A stretch of 64,000 nucleotides of DNA from an uncultured delta proteobacterium (GTDB lineage: Bacteria; Desulfobacterota; Syntrophobacteria; BM002). Positions 10,904 to 21,600 of this stretch are shown one piece after another. The first letter of the stretch is position 1. The number at the start of each line of letters is the position of its first letter. Under the pieces are notes generated by a model, which was given only the letters and a program-made list of their open reading frames with translations, ran no database searches and was not told the DNA's origin. The stretch is from contig CAVQGX010000022.1 in assembly GCA_963712115.1 (NCBI GenBank), positions 63,153-127,152 on the forward strand, given 5' to 3'. The position numbers and the translations under genes were made by a program.

Positions 10904-10932
10904 ATAGTAAGGACAGTGCTAAACAGTGTCAA
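10904..10932 (-). promoter_or_regulatory. Sigma70 promoter of hesB-like gene
   Basis: TTGACA-N17-TACTAT on minus strand. Confidence 0.7.
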
Positions 10933-11499
10933 GACAATATTGGTCTACGATTAGTAACATGGGTCTCAAGCAAAGATTGCGCCAGCGTGAGCCGGCTCAG
11001 ACTAAAGCCGCGCAAGTTGGTCAAAAAATCTAGAGCGACACAAGCAAACCACCACTAATCCGAAATAAGGTGAGGGGCCACCTAAAAGAATCCAAGCACT
11101 TAGAGTTGCAATCGCCGGAATGCCGCTGTTGGAGACCGCTCCACTGCCATTGGGGATTTTACTGAGTCCAGAGTTATTGCAAAGTAAGGCGGGAAGAGTG
11201 GCAAAATGGTTGGATATAGTAGAGCTCCAAAGGGAATCCCTTAATGTGAGATCAAGGGAACTTTGGTAGCCCAACAATGAATGGCAGATCGTTTAGGGGC
11301 AGAAAGATGTAATTGTTTTTTAGGGAATCCACATCTCCAGGTACAAAAGTTGCATTTTCTTAAGCAGAGTTTGCGCTTTAATAGATTTTTGATCCGACAA
11401 AAAGGAGCCAAACAATTACTCCTACATTTTGAGACAACAAAGGTGGCGTTTAACTCAACAGCTTAGCTCACGAAATAATAAATCAGGCAGTCTATCCAC

Positions 11500-12498
11500 A
11501 TGAAAAAATTGCAAATTACTATTCTTTGTGCAGTTTTATTTTTCCTAGTCGTTCTGGCCACGGTTGCTTTGATTTTGGGCCAAATTGCAGCTTTCACCTT
11601 ATTGGCTGTTGCCGGAATTGCATTGGCGAGTTTTCCTCTAATTTTAGAGCCTGAGAAGACCAGTCTCTCTCACGAGATGAGATCGCACGCGCCTGGAAAG
11701 TTTGTCCATTTACCAGAAGGGTTTGTGCATTATGAGATAGGTGGTCCAGAAAACACTCAGGTTGTCGTTCTAATTCACGGTTTTTCAATCCCATACTATG
11801 TATGGGATCCAATTTTCGAGGCTTTGAAGATTAGCGGTTTTCGTGTTTTGCGCTACGATTTGTTTGGCAGGGGACATTCAGACCGGCCCAAAGCTAAATA
11901 TGAACGTAAGTTTTTCGTACAGCAGCTGGACGACCTTTTAAATGGTCTAGAAATTGCGGAGCCGGTCAATCTCGTTGGCTTATCCACTGGGGCTGCCGTT
12001 GCTTCAGACTTCACCACTGTTTGGCCAACAAGGGTGGATAAACTAGTGTGCATTGCTCCACATCACGCTGCAACGAATATCTCCCTGCTCGATGTTCCAA
12101 TTTTGGGTGAATATCTAGCTGCAGTTTTCTTTGGCCCGTCCCTTCCGCAGAGACAGATTGAATATTTTTATAGGCCGGAAAGATTTCCAGAAATGCCAGT
12201 ACGTTTTCGCGAGCAAATGAAATATAAAGGTTTCCGCCGTGCTCTACTCTCTACCCTGCGTAATTTTGTCAACCAAGATCAGCTGGAGATCTTCAAGCAG
12301 GTGAGCAAACTGAATAAGCCGGTTCTTCTTATCTGGGGAAAGGAAGATAAAATAGTACCGTTCTCGGGTAATGAAAGGCTACTAAGTGTTCTAGAGGCTG
12401 AATTTCTTGAGGTAGACAAGGCTGGTCATCTCGCCTATTATGAACGGCCAGAGGTCGTTAGTCCCAGGTTAGTTGATTTTTTGCGTCATGACAGCTAA
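11500..12498 (+). CDS. Membrane-anchored alpha/beta hydrolase
   Basis: N-terminal hydrophobic helices; LIHGF, DLFGRGHS, GLSTG nucleophile elbow, WGKEDKIV, GHL. Confidence 0.9.
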   Translation: MKKLQITILCAVLFFLVVLATVALILGQIAAFTLLAVAGIALASFPLILEPEKTSLSHEMRSHAPGKFVHLPEGFVHYEIGGPENTQVVVLIHGFSIPYYVWDPIFEALKISGFRVLRYDLFGRGHSDRPKAKYERKFFVQQLDDLLNGLEIAEPVNLVGLSTGAAVASDFTTVWPTRVDKLVCIAPHHAATNISLLDVPILGEYLAAVFFGPSLPQRQIEYFYRPERFPEMPVRFREQMKYKGFRRALLSTLRNFVNQDQLEIFKQVSKLNKPVLLIWGKEDKIVPFSGNERLLSVLEAEFLEVDKAGHLAYYERPEVVSPRLVDFLRHDS

Positions 12499-12806
12499 TG
12501 CGGTGAGTTTCTAAACAATAATAAACAGACCAGGGGCGGAGCTTTCCTTTCCATGGTTAGCCATTAAATTAGAGCAGTCAACTTTTTGAACCCTCCACAC
12601 AGCCATTTAGCGAAGTACTATGTCGCAGAGCTAATTGTCCCCGTTTTAGATTGAGTACGTAGCCCGTTCTTTCGACACAAAGTAACCAATAGGCTGGGAT
12701 CTACAATTATCCTCTTTTTTGTATTTGACTAAAAATTGAAATCTCATCTTCAAGAGTTACGTCTAAATAGCTCGGAGAAAAGGTTGCCACAAGTGAGAGT
12801 GTAGCC

Positions 12807-14633
12807 ATGGCAGCGATAGCCAGTATGGTGGATCGTGTAATCGAAACCGATGTATTGGTAGTGGGAGGCGGTGGAGGGGGGTCAAGTGCGGCAGTTGCTG
12901 CACGACGTGCCGATACCGAAGTGACCTTGGTTACTAAAGGACAGTTGGGCAAAAGCGGCAACACTATTATGGCAAGTGCTGCGCTAGGCATGGATGGTGA
13001 AAGTGCCTACCGCCTAGGTGAAAAGAAGGCTGACCGTACATTTACTAAAGACGTTTTGTTTGAGAGGATAGTCAGGAGTGGTTTCTACCTAAGCGAGCAG
13101 GATTTGGTACAGCAGTATGTGGAGGAAGCCGAACCTTGTGTTTGGGATTTTATTCAACTCGGTAGGCGAGCTAAGCAGCGTTTTATGTTTTTGCCTCCTG
13201 GATCCTGGTTCACTTCAGGCAAGGCCATAGGTTTGACCTGCCGCCAGGCTGTGCACGAGACACCAGGAATTCAAGTCATAGAAGACGTGGTGATCTGTGA
13301 TTTGTTGACATGTGGCGAAAGGGTAGTTGGTTCATTAGGCGTAGATGTCTATACGGGCGAGCTTATCGCTTTTAATGCCAGAGCCGTAGTGCTTTGCACT
13401 GGAGGCTATCAACCATTCTCTTTCAAATGCACACACAGCGGCACAACTGGGGACGGGATGGCTGTGGCTTATCGGGCAGGGGCTAAACTTGCAGATATGG
13501 AGTTTCTCTTATTTCTGCCAGGAGTGCTTCTATCACCGCAATTCCACCGTGGGTCTATATTCCCCTTTATCTGGTATGTGGCAGGATTGGCTCGGCCGGA
13601 CGTGCTAAATAGCAATGGTGAAAAAATTACTGATCATCTGTCGCCCGAGCTCCTCGAAATGGCTGAAGGCAGCGAGTGGGTTAAATTAATCTATACCTAT
13701 TATTGGGGCAAGGAGATAGTTGCTGGCAGAGGCACACAGAACGGCGGTGTCTACTTTAGCTTTTCAAACCTTCCGAAGTGGAGGTACATCAGAGGTGCAT
13801 TGAAGGCACTCGTGATGCTCAAACAATGGTATCGCAAAAATTGGTGGTACCAGGGCGAAGACATGGCTGACTTAAACAGAATGGCTTTAAGGGGGGTTCC
13901 GTGGGAAGTCGGTCTGTCGAGCGAATATACTATGGGGGGTATCATTGTTGATACCGAAATGTGGACCGGCGTGCCGGGACTATTCGCTGGTGGTGAGGTC
14001 ACAAGCGGTGTGTTCGGTGCTGGTCGTGCGGCCAGGGCACTCACAGAGATGCTAGTTCAGGGTCACCGGGCCGGTGTATCAGCGGCCTCATACGCTCGAC
14101 AAGTTGACACCAGTGCAATTGAAGCCGATCAACTAGCGGAGATAAAAGAACGTATATTGCGTCCGTTTATACAAAATGGTGGCCCCAGCCCATCGAAGGT
14201 AAATAGGGTAATTGAAGAGGTCGCCGATGCTGGTCTTGGCTTTGTGCGCGAAGAATCTAGCTTGCGTTCATCTCTAAAAAATTTTGAAACCATCCGCCAC
14301 GAGGATATACCAGCAATGAGTCTTTCGAGCCATTCAAGGGCTTACAATTTGGAATGGATTCAAGCCATACAGGCAGAAAATCTGGCTACCTGCGTTGAGA
14401 TCGGCCTCCGAGCGGCTTTAATGCGTAAAGAAAGTCGGGGTTACCACATCCGCACTGACCACCCCGAGGTCGACCATGACACTTGGCTGGAACGTATTGT
14501 TGCGAAAAACGCTGGGGGAAGGATGAGTCTCACCACACGCAAACCCCTCTCTACTACTCTCCCGTTTCCCGGTGGTAAAAGAGAAAACATTATGACTTAC
14601 GCGATTGAGTGCGAAAGGGAAATGAAAAAATAA
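12807..14633 (+). CDS. FAD-dependent oxidoreductase, SdhA/FrdA/NadB superfamily flavoprotein
   Basis: DVLVVGGGGGG, LCTGG, TGDGMAVAYRAGA..DMEF, YTMGGI, GLFAGGE, RKESRGYHIRTDHP. Confidence 0.9.
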   Translation: MAAIASMVDRVIETDVLVVGGGGGGSSAAVAARRADTEVTLVTKGQLGKSGNTIMASAALGMDGESAYRLGEKKADRTFTKDVLFERIVRSGFYLSEQDLVQQYVEEAEPCVWDFIQLGRRAKQRFMFLPPGSWFTSGKAIGLTCRQAVHETPGIQVIEDVVICDLLTCGERVVGSLGVDVYTGELIAFNARAVVLCTGGYQPFSFKCTHSGTTGDGMAVAYRAGAKLADMEFLLFLPGVLLSPQFHRGSIFPFIWYVAGLARPDVLNSNGEKITDHLSPELLEMAEGSEWVKLIYTYYWGKEIVAGRGTQNGGVYFSFSNLPKWRYIRGALKALVMLKQWYRKNWWYQGEDMADLNRMALRGVPWEVGLSSEYTMGGIIVDTEMWTGVPGLFAGGEVTSGVFGAGRAARALTEMLVQGHRAGVSAASYARQVDTSAIEADQLAEIKERILRPFIQNGGPSPSKVNRVIEEVADAGLGFVREESSLRSSLKNFETIRHEDIPAMSLSSHSRAYNLEWIQAIQAENLATCVEIGLRAALMRKESRGYHIRTDHPEVDHDTWLERIVAKNAGGRMSLTTRKPLSTTLPFPGGKRENIMTYAIECEREMKK

Positions 14634-14680
14634 CGACTCCAGGAGTCTTTCAAGTGCACAAAAAAACCTAGGTATCACCG

Positions 14681-14998
14681 ATGTCTCTCAAAGTTAGAGT
14701 GCATAGATTCGATCCGTCTGTGGAAGAAACTGCTCATTTTGAGACTTTCCATATCCCCATACCTTTCGGGGAGAAATGGAGTGTTCTTGATGCTCTTGAC
14801 TACATATACTTTCATTTGGACAGCTCGCTAAGTTATTATCGGCATAGCGCTTGCAACCGCGGTGTCTGCGCAAGGTGTGTTGCACAAATTAATGGTAAAG
14901 CTGGCCTACTCTGTGAGTATATAGTCCCTGTGGACGGGGAAATCGTACTGGAACCACCACCCGGCAAGAAGGTTGTCAAGGACCTGGTAGGGAAATAA
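14681..14998 (+). CDS. Stand-alone [2Fe-2S] protein resembling the SdhB/FrdB N-terminal domain
   Basis: SVLDAL, CNRGVCARC...LLC, VVKDLV; ends before any 4Fe-4S domain. Confidence 0.85.
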   Translation: MSLKVRVHRFDPSVEETAHFETFHIPIPFGEKWSVLDALDYIYFHLDSSLSYYRHSACNRGVCARCVAQINGKAGLLCEYIVPVDGEIVLEPPPGKKVVKDLVGK

Positions 14999-15275
14999 AG
15001 AAAAATAGAGGTTTTCCTTCTGGGAATTTATGTAGAGGTAGCCGACCGAATTAGATACCACCGTGGTCTAAAGCTGGTACGTGCAGAAAATGTAACTTGA
15101 ATATCAGACACTTATACCACTCTACTGCCAGGCAATAAAGGCAACAAAATCCTCGCCTTCCAAGATTTCTTCAACTTGACAGAAAAATGAAAAACCCTTC
15201 AATGAGAACTTTTTCCATGATGATTTAGCGCTTCGCCCGTAGAAACACCAAGCGAACCATGTTAAAAAACCAACT

Positions 15276-16427
15276 ATGAGCCTTTTTCTTCTAACTTTCC
15301 TTTCCATTTATGGCGCTATCCACCTCTACCTGTTTGTCAAGGCAAGGTCTGCCTTGGCTTCAGGCCTTGGGGTGAGTGTGGCCATGGCCTTATTCTTGGC
15401 GGCCATGGTGGTCGCACCAATAGCGGTGCGTTTGCTAGATCGACATGGGATGCATCTGGCCGGTCGATATCTTGCTTACGTTGCTTATACCTGGATGGGG
15501 CTGCTGTTCTTTTTCTTTTGGCTAAGTCTTTGCCTGGATGTGTACAATTTGTCTATGAGGGTCTTGGCTCTGCTGCCGGGATCGTCTACTGGCAGCTTGG
15601 TATGGAAAGGCAGGGATAGCTTCACATTTATAACCCTGGGGGTCCTTTTTCTGGGAGGTTTGTCTGGTTACAGTGCCTGGCAAATAAGGCTAGAGCGGGT
15701 GGTGTTGCAAACCATGAAATTACCCCCTCAAGTGGAGAAAATAACCATAGCGCAGATCTCTGATGTGCACCTCGGGCCCATGGTAGGTGAAAGGAGGCTG
15801 GCCCGCATTGTTAGGCTGTTGGAGAGAGTCAAGCCCGACTTAGTGGTTGCCACTGGGGATCTGGTGGACGCGCAGATGGACCGGTTGAATAACCTGGCGA
15901 CCATGTTGGCCACCCTGAATCCTCCTCTGGGCAAGTTTGCCATCGCCGGGAATCATGAGTTCTATGCGGGTATTGGTCAGAGTGGACGCTTCCTGAGCGC
16001 AGCGGGTTTTAATTTCCTGCGCAATGAAGGTTTTAAGCTTAACGGTTTAATTAACATCGTGGGAGTGGACGATCCCGCTGGGAAAAGCAGGTATCCGCAG
16101 AATGGTCAGGTGGGAAAAGAGGAAAAAATTTTGCTTGCAGATTCAGACTCAGAGAGATTCACCCTGCTGCTCAAACACCGCCCTACGGTAGAGATGGAAT
16201 CTATAGGCCAATTCGATCTCCAGTTGAGCGGCCATACTCACGGTGGGCAGATCTTTCCTTTCAATCTGATCACCCGACTCTATTATTCCAGGCAAAGAGG
16301 GCTCCACCGTTTGGATAAGGGAAGTGTGCTATATGTGAGCCGCGGAACCGGTACCTGGGGTCCCCCCATGAGATTTCTCTCACCTCCAGAGGTGACGGTA
16401 ATTGAACTTAAGAGACTGGGAAATTGA
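15276..16427 (+). CDS. Membrane metallophosphoesterase (YkuE/YaeI type)
   Basis: SDVHLG, TGDLVD, GNHE, HRP, SGHTHGGQ, SRGTG motifs after N-terminal TM helices. Confidence 0.92.
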   Translation: MSLFLLTFLSIYGAIHLYLFVKARSALASGLGVSVAMALFLAAMVVAPIAVRLLDRHGMHLAGRYLAYVAYTWMGLLFFFFWLSLCLDVYNLSMRVLALLPGSSTGSLVWKGRDSFTFITLGVLFLGGLSGYSAWQIRLERVVLQTMKLPPQVEKITIAQISDVHLGPMVGERRLARIVRLLERVKPDLVVATGDLVDAQMDRLNNLATMLATLNPPLGKFAIAGNHEFYAGIGQSGRFLSAAGFNFLRNEGFKLNGLINIVGVDDPAGKSRYPQNGQVGKEEKILLADSDSERFTLLLKHRPTVEMESIGQFDLQLSGHTHGGQIFPFNLITRLYYSRQRGLHRLDKGSVLYVSRGTGTWGPPMRFLSPPEVTVIELKRLGN

Positions 16428-16442
16428 TTGGGAGGGGTGTGA

Positions 16443-17480
16443 TTAACGGATGATTTCTGCGATATCTTTTCTATTTACCTTAAAGCTGTACCTTCCACCA
16501 AAACGGAAACTCTCAAGAGTAAGAGAGCTGTCGTCTTCAGCAATGACCACACCTTTGTGAACGGCGCCGTTTTTCATTTTGAGGTAGACTGTGCTGCCCA
16601 CCAAATATTCTGTCTTCTTTTCGATACTCTTCTCGAGTTGCTGTTCCAATTTCTCGATAGAAACCACCGAGGTCGATGGTGTGGTGGAATCACCATAGCT
16701 GTTCACAATGGCGCTATAAAATGGTTGCAGTTTGGTGAGTTCTTGTTTTGAAGCGATGAGGCTGACGATGAAATACCTGTCGGCCTGGGACTCAAAAATG
16801 TTAAAAACCATGTTTTTGTCAGCAAAAGCTCCACTTATCTGGGAGACATCCTGTTGGTTTATTTTCTTGGTTTCTTTTTTGATATTAGTGTAGCCTCCTC
16901 TTTTCATGGTCTCTTTCACAGAATCGGCATAATTATCCCCGAGTTTTCTAGTGCGGCCGTAGCATTTCAAACTTGCTTCACTGCCAGGGGCTTGCAAACG
17001 AATCCCATAAAGAATGCTGTTTTCAGCATCTACAGCGCTCCTGCTCCAGTCAGGGGGATAAGAGATATGGGAGCCGTCCGGAAATTCGACGCTCTTCCAT
17101 TGGTTCATGTCAGGCTTATCTGCAGCAGTCTCAACCTTTTCCGCAACCTCTTTTGTTTCCGCTTCCTTTTGTAATGGTTTCTCCTCCTCAGGAGTATCTT
17201 GCTCTTCTGAGGGAGAAACTGTTTCTTGCTCCACAGGAGCCTGTTTCTTCGCTGCCGGAGGTTTCCTCACCTGTGCCACTTTGGGCCCGGCAGCAACCTT
17301 TTCCTTGCCGGTACCGGTGAGATCTTTATACATCACCGCTGCAAAATAGATACCGTAGCCCAGAACCATCACCCCTATGACCAGATAAAGCCCGAGTATG
17401 GGGTTTTTTCGGACATCGTGGGTGACAAACTTTTTTAGCCTCTGTGGGATCTCATTGAGCTTGCCTGTCCGAGCTCCCAT
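16443..17480 (-). CDS. Single-pass membrane hypothetical protein, possible PsbP/DcrB-like domain
   Basis: One TM helix, low-complexity linker, ISYPPDW motif. Confidence 0.75.
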   Translation of the reverse strand: MGARTGKLNEIPQRLKKFVTHDVRKNPILGLYLVIGVMVLGYGIYFAAVMYKDLTGTGKEKVAAGPKVAQVRKPPAAKKQAPVEQETVSPSEEQDTPEEEKPLQKEAETKEVAEKVETAADKPDMNQWKSVEFPDGSHISYPPDWSRSAVDAENSILYGIRLQAPGSEASLKCYGRTRKLGDNYADSVKETMKRGGYTNIKKETKKINQQDVSQISGAFADKNMVFNIFESQADRYFIVSLIASKQELTKLQPFYSAIVNSYGDSTTPSTSVVSIEKLEQQLEKSIEKKTEYLVGSTVYLKMKNGAVHKGVVIAEDDSSLTLESFRFGGRYSFKVNRKDIAEIIR

Positions 17481-17598
17481 GGTCGCAACCTTCCTATTTG
17501 ACCTTTAATAACGTTACTTTGAATGATGGAGGTCAGTGTAAATTATTAGTTTCTTCAGTTGGGCTCAGCTCATGCCAATCTAACCATTGATGGAAACA

Positions 17599-17614
17599 AG
17601 CAAAGAACATGCCA
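17599..17614 (-). promoter_or_regulatory. Putative sigma54 (-24/-12) promoter
   Basis: TGGCATG-TTCT-TTGCT on minus strand with correct GG-N10-GC spacing, ~120 nt upstream of ORF 17480. Confidence 0.6.
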
Positions 17615-17639
17615 GCCATAAGGCAAAATCCTGTGGTTG

Positions 17640-19916
17640 TTAAAGCTCTGATAAAGAGGATACCTCCCTACTCCTACCAGTATTAGAAATCCAATGTCGT
17701 AGCACTCTAACGCAGTTCTCCACCTCTGGGTCTTGCCGAAGTTCCTCCAAGGAATAACTCATCTTTGTTGACCAGTTGGGATACTCTGATACTGTTCCAG
17801 GCACATTCTGTTGCCTGGCATCCCTGAAAAGATCCTCCTGACTCAATAGGACCAGTTTGGCTGAAGTTGATAAGATAAAGCCAATGATCGCACTATGGAG
17901 GTCCCCGGTCAGTGCTGTGTAGATCTCCGGGTTATTTGCCAAATGCTCCGCTAGAAAACCTGAGATTACCAGTCTCTCAACAATCTTGTCCTTTTCGTGT
18001 TTTCTATTTTGCCAGGCAGCTTGAAATTGGCTTTCACTGGGGAATAGCCCCAAGCTCTTGCGCAAGTAAAGATCTTCTCCTGTCCAAAATCCTGCCAGAG
18101 TGGGAAGGTCATGAGTACCTATGGAAGCCAGGGCCAATTCCGGATACGATCCCCCATCCTTAAATCCCCATTCGTCTCTTTCAAAGTAGAAAAGTCGATA
18201 AGAGAGAATGCGGAAATGAGCGAGGGCCTCTCTTACTTGGGGGGGAACCGTGCCAAGGTCTTCTCCAATAATCAGGGTTTTGGAGCGCTCACTTTCCAAG
18301 GCTAGAATCTTCAGAAGATCGTGGTAATTGTACTCCACATAAGTCCCATTCTTGGCAGGCCGTCCAGCAATAATCCAAAAGAGCCGAAAAAACCGCATGA
18401 CGTGATCAATTCTCAGAGCCCCGCCTGCCTGACAATTTCTGTTGATCTCCTTGCTAAACAGGCTGTAGCCGTCATTGCGGTATTTTTCCCCATGGGGCGG
18501 GTGGAAGCCCCAGTTTTGGCCCTCAAGAGCAAAATCATCGGGTGGCGCTCCCACTGTAACCCCTTCGACAAAGAAATCCTGGTAGGCCCAATAGTCAGCA
18601 CCCCCGGGGTCAATACCCAATGCCAAATCGTGATAAAGGCCAATGGAGGCTCCCAATGACTTGGCAAGGTCCTGTGCCTCTTGTAGCTGTTCCTCTAGTT
18701 GCCACTGCAGGTACTTGTAGAAAAGTATACTTTCCTGGTGTTTTTGGCGAAATTCTCCTACTTCCACAGAGTGGGGCTCCCGGTAAGGTTGTGGCCACCG
18801 CCGCCAGGTCCACGCCCCATGATATGTCTGGTGAAAAAAAGCTTCCAAGGCGCAAAAAGTGGCAAAATTATCCAGCAGAAATCCTTCCCTGTTAACATAG
18901 GCCTCAAGCTGCCTGCCCCGTTCGCTCAACCCTTCCTCTTTCCAATGGTCTCTTAGAAAACTTTGGAACACCATCTTAAGGACTTTAAGCTTAAAAGTGG
19001 CCACCTGCTCGTATTGCACCAACTGGGAATGGCGAAGATCAGCCAAGAGATTTTGGCTTGTCTCTTCCCGGACAAATTCCTTTGCTTCTATAGAGGAGCG
19101 ATAGTCTTCCATCTTTTCAATGTCTAGGTAGATGAAGTTGCGATAATATCTGCTTGAGGGAAAATATGGGCTGATGTTGTAGGGTTGTCGGTTGGAGATG
19201 GCGTGCAATGGATTTAGACCAACCACATCCAGGTGGAGATTCCCAACCGCCCAGCGAATGAATTCCTTAAGGTCACCCAAGTCTCCAATACCCCAGTTAG
19301 CCTGTGATCTGAGGCCGTATAGGGAAATAGCTATGCCGGCTTTCTTGCCCTTTCCCTGCAAAGCTGGGGGCAGATAACTTTTCTCCGGGCAGAGAATGAC
19401 CAGGATTTTTTGCTCGAGTTTTTCTTTGTCGCGTTCTACACAGAGGTTGAATTGGTAGTAGCCAATGGAAAGACCCCCTGGAAAGGGAAGGGACCAACGC
19501 TCGTAGTAAGAACCATTAAGCTCCCTGGCCTCTACGAAAGTTAACTGTTCAAAGTTGAAGGAGTGGTTGACAGGGGGAATGTTTTCGCCGGAAATTTCCA
19601 GCCGAACTTGGAGAACCCTTTCCGATTTTTCTTCTGGAGATCGGGAGGCAGGTATTTGAAAAAGCAACTCGGCGGGCAATGGTTCAGTGGTTGCGACCAA
19701 AACCGGCTGAGCCAGTTGAGTCCAAGAAAGATTTTCGCAGTGCTTCAAAGCCTCTTGCGGGCTGGTGACATCCACACCGGCTGCGACAAGCAAGGTTTCG
19801 AGGTTCTCAGGTGAAATCTCATGGGACTGACCCCAGATGTCAAAGTAAGAGGTAAGGACGCCATAAGCTGCTGACAATTGCGCTAAGCTTTCTCTTCTCT
19901 GTTCTTCTGTTTCCAT
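17640..19916 (-). CDS. malQ: 4-alpha-glucanotransferase (GH77)
   Basis: WGIGDLGDL, SPY, DLALG, GAPPD..GQNWG, RIDHV, GEDLG, THDLPT, QNVPGT..PNW. Confidence 0.95.
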   Translation of the reverse strand: METEEQRRESLAQLSAAYGVLTSYFDIWGQSHEISPENLETLLVAAGVDVTSPQEALKHCENLSWTQLAQPVLVATTEPLPAELLFQIPASRSPEEKSERVLQVRLEISGENIPPVNHSFNFEQLTFVEARELNGSYYERWSLPFPGGLSIGYYQFNLCVERDKEKLEQKILVILCPEKSYLPPALQGKGKKAGIAISLYGLRSQANWGIGDLGDLKEFIRWAVGNLHLDVVGLNPLHAISNRQPYNISPYFPSSRYYRNFIYLDIEKMEDYRSSIEAKEFVREETSQNLLADLRHSQLVQYEQVATFKLKVLKMVFQSFLRDHWKEEGLSERGRQLEAYVNREGFLLDNFATFCALEAFFHQTYHGAWTWRRWPQPYREPHSVEVGEFRQKHQESILFYKYLQWQLEEQLQEAQDLAKSLGASIGLYHDLALGIDPGGADYWAYQDFFVEGVTVGAPPDDFALEGQNWGFHPPHGEKYRNDGYSLFSKEINRNCQAGGALRIDHVMRFFRLFWIIAGRPAKNGTYVEYNYHDLLKILALESERSKTLIIGEDLGTVPPQVREALAHFRILSYRLFYFERDEWGFKDGGSYPELALASIGTHDLPTLAGFWTGEDLYLRKSLGLFPSESQFQAAWQNRKHEKDKIVERLVISGFLAEHLANNPEIYTALTGDLHSAIIGFILSTSAKLVLLSQEDLFRDARQQNVPGTVSEYPNWSTKMSYSLEELRQDPEVENCVRVLRHWISNTGRSREVSSLSEL

Positions 19917-19928
19917 GGAATTGCCTAG

Positions 19929-21575
19929 TTAGCTTTCAAATTTTGCCGCGATTGGCATTCTCCTGCCAGAGCCAAAAGCCTTAGATGTAACCTTTAATCC
20001 AGGCGGCCCTTGTCGACGTTTATACTCGTTTCGATCAACTGCCCGAATCACCCAGCTTACTGTCTCGGGTTGGAAGTCAAGACGAAGAATATCATCAATT
20101 GAGTAATGCTCGTCCAAGTAGTAATGGAGAATCTGATCAAGGACCTCATAGGGGGGCAGAGTGTCTTGATCGGTCTGATTCTCTTTCAATTCAGCTGTTG
20201 GAGCCTTGTTGATGATATCTTGGGGTATGACAGGGGATCGCCTGTTAATGTATCCCGCCAGTTCATAAACCATGGTCTTAGGTACATCGGATATGACACT
20301 GAGACCGCCGCTCATATCGCCATAAAGTGTGCAATAGCCTACTGCCAGTTCACTTTTGTTACCAGTGGAGAGCACCAGATGGCCGAATTTGTTTGACAGT
20401 GCCATGAGAATGTTGCCCCGAATCCTGGCCTGAATATTCTCCTCAGTAATATCAGCCTCTCTTCCTTTTAAATGAGGCCGGAGAGATTTAATGTAAGCTT
20501 CATAGATGGGAGAAATAACCACTGTCTCGAATTTGATGCCAAGGTTGCCAGCGAGTTTCTTGGAATCTTCAACGCTTCCAGGTGAAGAATAAGGTCCCGG
20601 CATAGTGACGGCCACAACGTTGTCACCACCCAGGGCCTCCGCAGCAATACAGCAAGTGACCGCAGAGTCGATGCCACCTGAAAGACCTAGAATAGCACTA
20701 TTAAAACCGCACTTGATCATATAGTCTTTTACGCCCAGAACCAAGGCCTGGTAAACAGATTCAATTTCTTCTTGCGGTTCATAGGTAGTTGTTACTTCAG
20801 CTTGGTCGAGGGAAATAGTCTGTATGTGCTCCTGGAAGGGGGGGAAAACCGCAATGGGGTCGCCAGCTCCGTCTACGCAAATGGACCTACCATCAAAGAT
20901 TAGCTCATCATTGGCTCCCACTTGATTGACGAAAACAAATGGGATTCGGTGCCTGCGGGCATGACTTTGAACGATATTGTACCTGAGTCTTTCTTTGCCG
21001 CGATAAAAAGGGGATGCAGCAAGGTTAATTATCAGGTTGGCGCCCCTCTTTGCCATAGCTTCGATGGGATCACGATGGTAGGTCCGCCGGGGCCATAAGG
21101 CCGGATCGTTCCAGGCGTCCTCACAAACGGATATGCCCAGGACGCTATCTTTGAATTTCACCACGGGATCCTCAAGCCCTGGTTCGAAGTACCTTGGTTC
21201 GTCGAAGACATCGTAGGTGGGCAACAAAGATTTGTGGTGGGTGAAAAGGAGTCCTCCTTGATAGATCAGTAGGGCAGAGTTATGGATACCCTTTCCGGTT
21301 GGCTGCTGGCTGGGTTGAGGCGCGCCAACAATGATTCCCGTTTGGTTAAAATTTTGGGAGATTTTTAATAGTTCTTCAATTGCCGCCTGAGTTCTGGCGA
21401 TAAATGAGGGTCTCTCCAAGAGGTCTCTGGGTGGATAGCCAACGAGAAAAAGCTCTGGGAAAATAACCAGGTCAGGCGAATCTTTGCTGCACTCAGACAG
21501 GGTCTTCTCAACCTTGGCCAGGTTGCCCTGAATGTCGCCAATAGTCGGATTCAATTGTGCCAGGGTCAATTTCAT
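19929..21575 (-). CDS. nadE: Glutamine-dependent NAD+ synthetase
   Basis: Nitrilase domain (FPEL, K..LP.YDVFDE.RYF, CED) plus GLSGGIDS, ENIQARIRG, TGNKSE. Confidence 0.95.
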   Translation of the reverse strand: MKLTLAQLNPTIGDIQGNLAKVEKTLSECSKDSPDLVIFPELFLVGYPPRDLLERPSFIARTQAAIEELLKISQNFNQTGIIVGAPQPSQQPTGKGIHNSALLIYQGGLLFTHHKSLLPTYDVFDEPRYFEPGLEDPVVKFKDSVLGISVCEDAWNDPALWPRRTYHRDPIEAMAKRGANLIINLAASPFYRGKERLRYNIVQSHARRHRIPFVFVNQVGANDELIFDGRSICVDGAGDPIAVFPPFQEHIQTISLDQAEVTTTYEPQEEIESVYQALVLGVKDYMIKCGFNSAILGLSGGIDSAVTCCIAAEALGGDNVVAVTMPGPYSSPGSVEDSKKLAGNLGIKFETVVISPIYEAYIKSLRPHLKGREADITEENIQARIRGNILMALSNKFGHLVLSTGNKSELAVGYCTLYGDMSGGLSVISDVPKTMVYELAGYINRRSPVIPQDIINKAPTAELKENQTDQDTLPPYEVLDQILHYYLDEHYSIDDILRLDFQPETVSWVIRAVDRNEYKRRQGPPGLKVTSKAFGSGRRMPIAAKFES

Positions 21576-21600
21576 TTTACCCACCCATCCATTGTTCAAT

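Noticed and set aside
11002-11466. ORFs 11002-11277 (-) and 11281-11466 (+)
   Set aside because: No RBS or recognisable motif and atypical composition; may be decayed sequence
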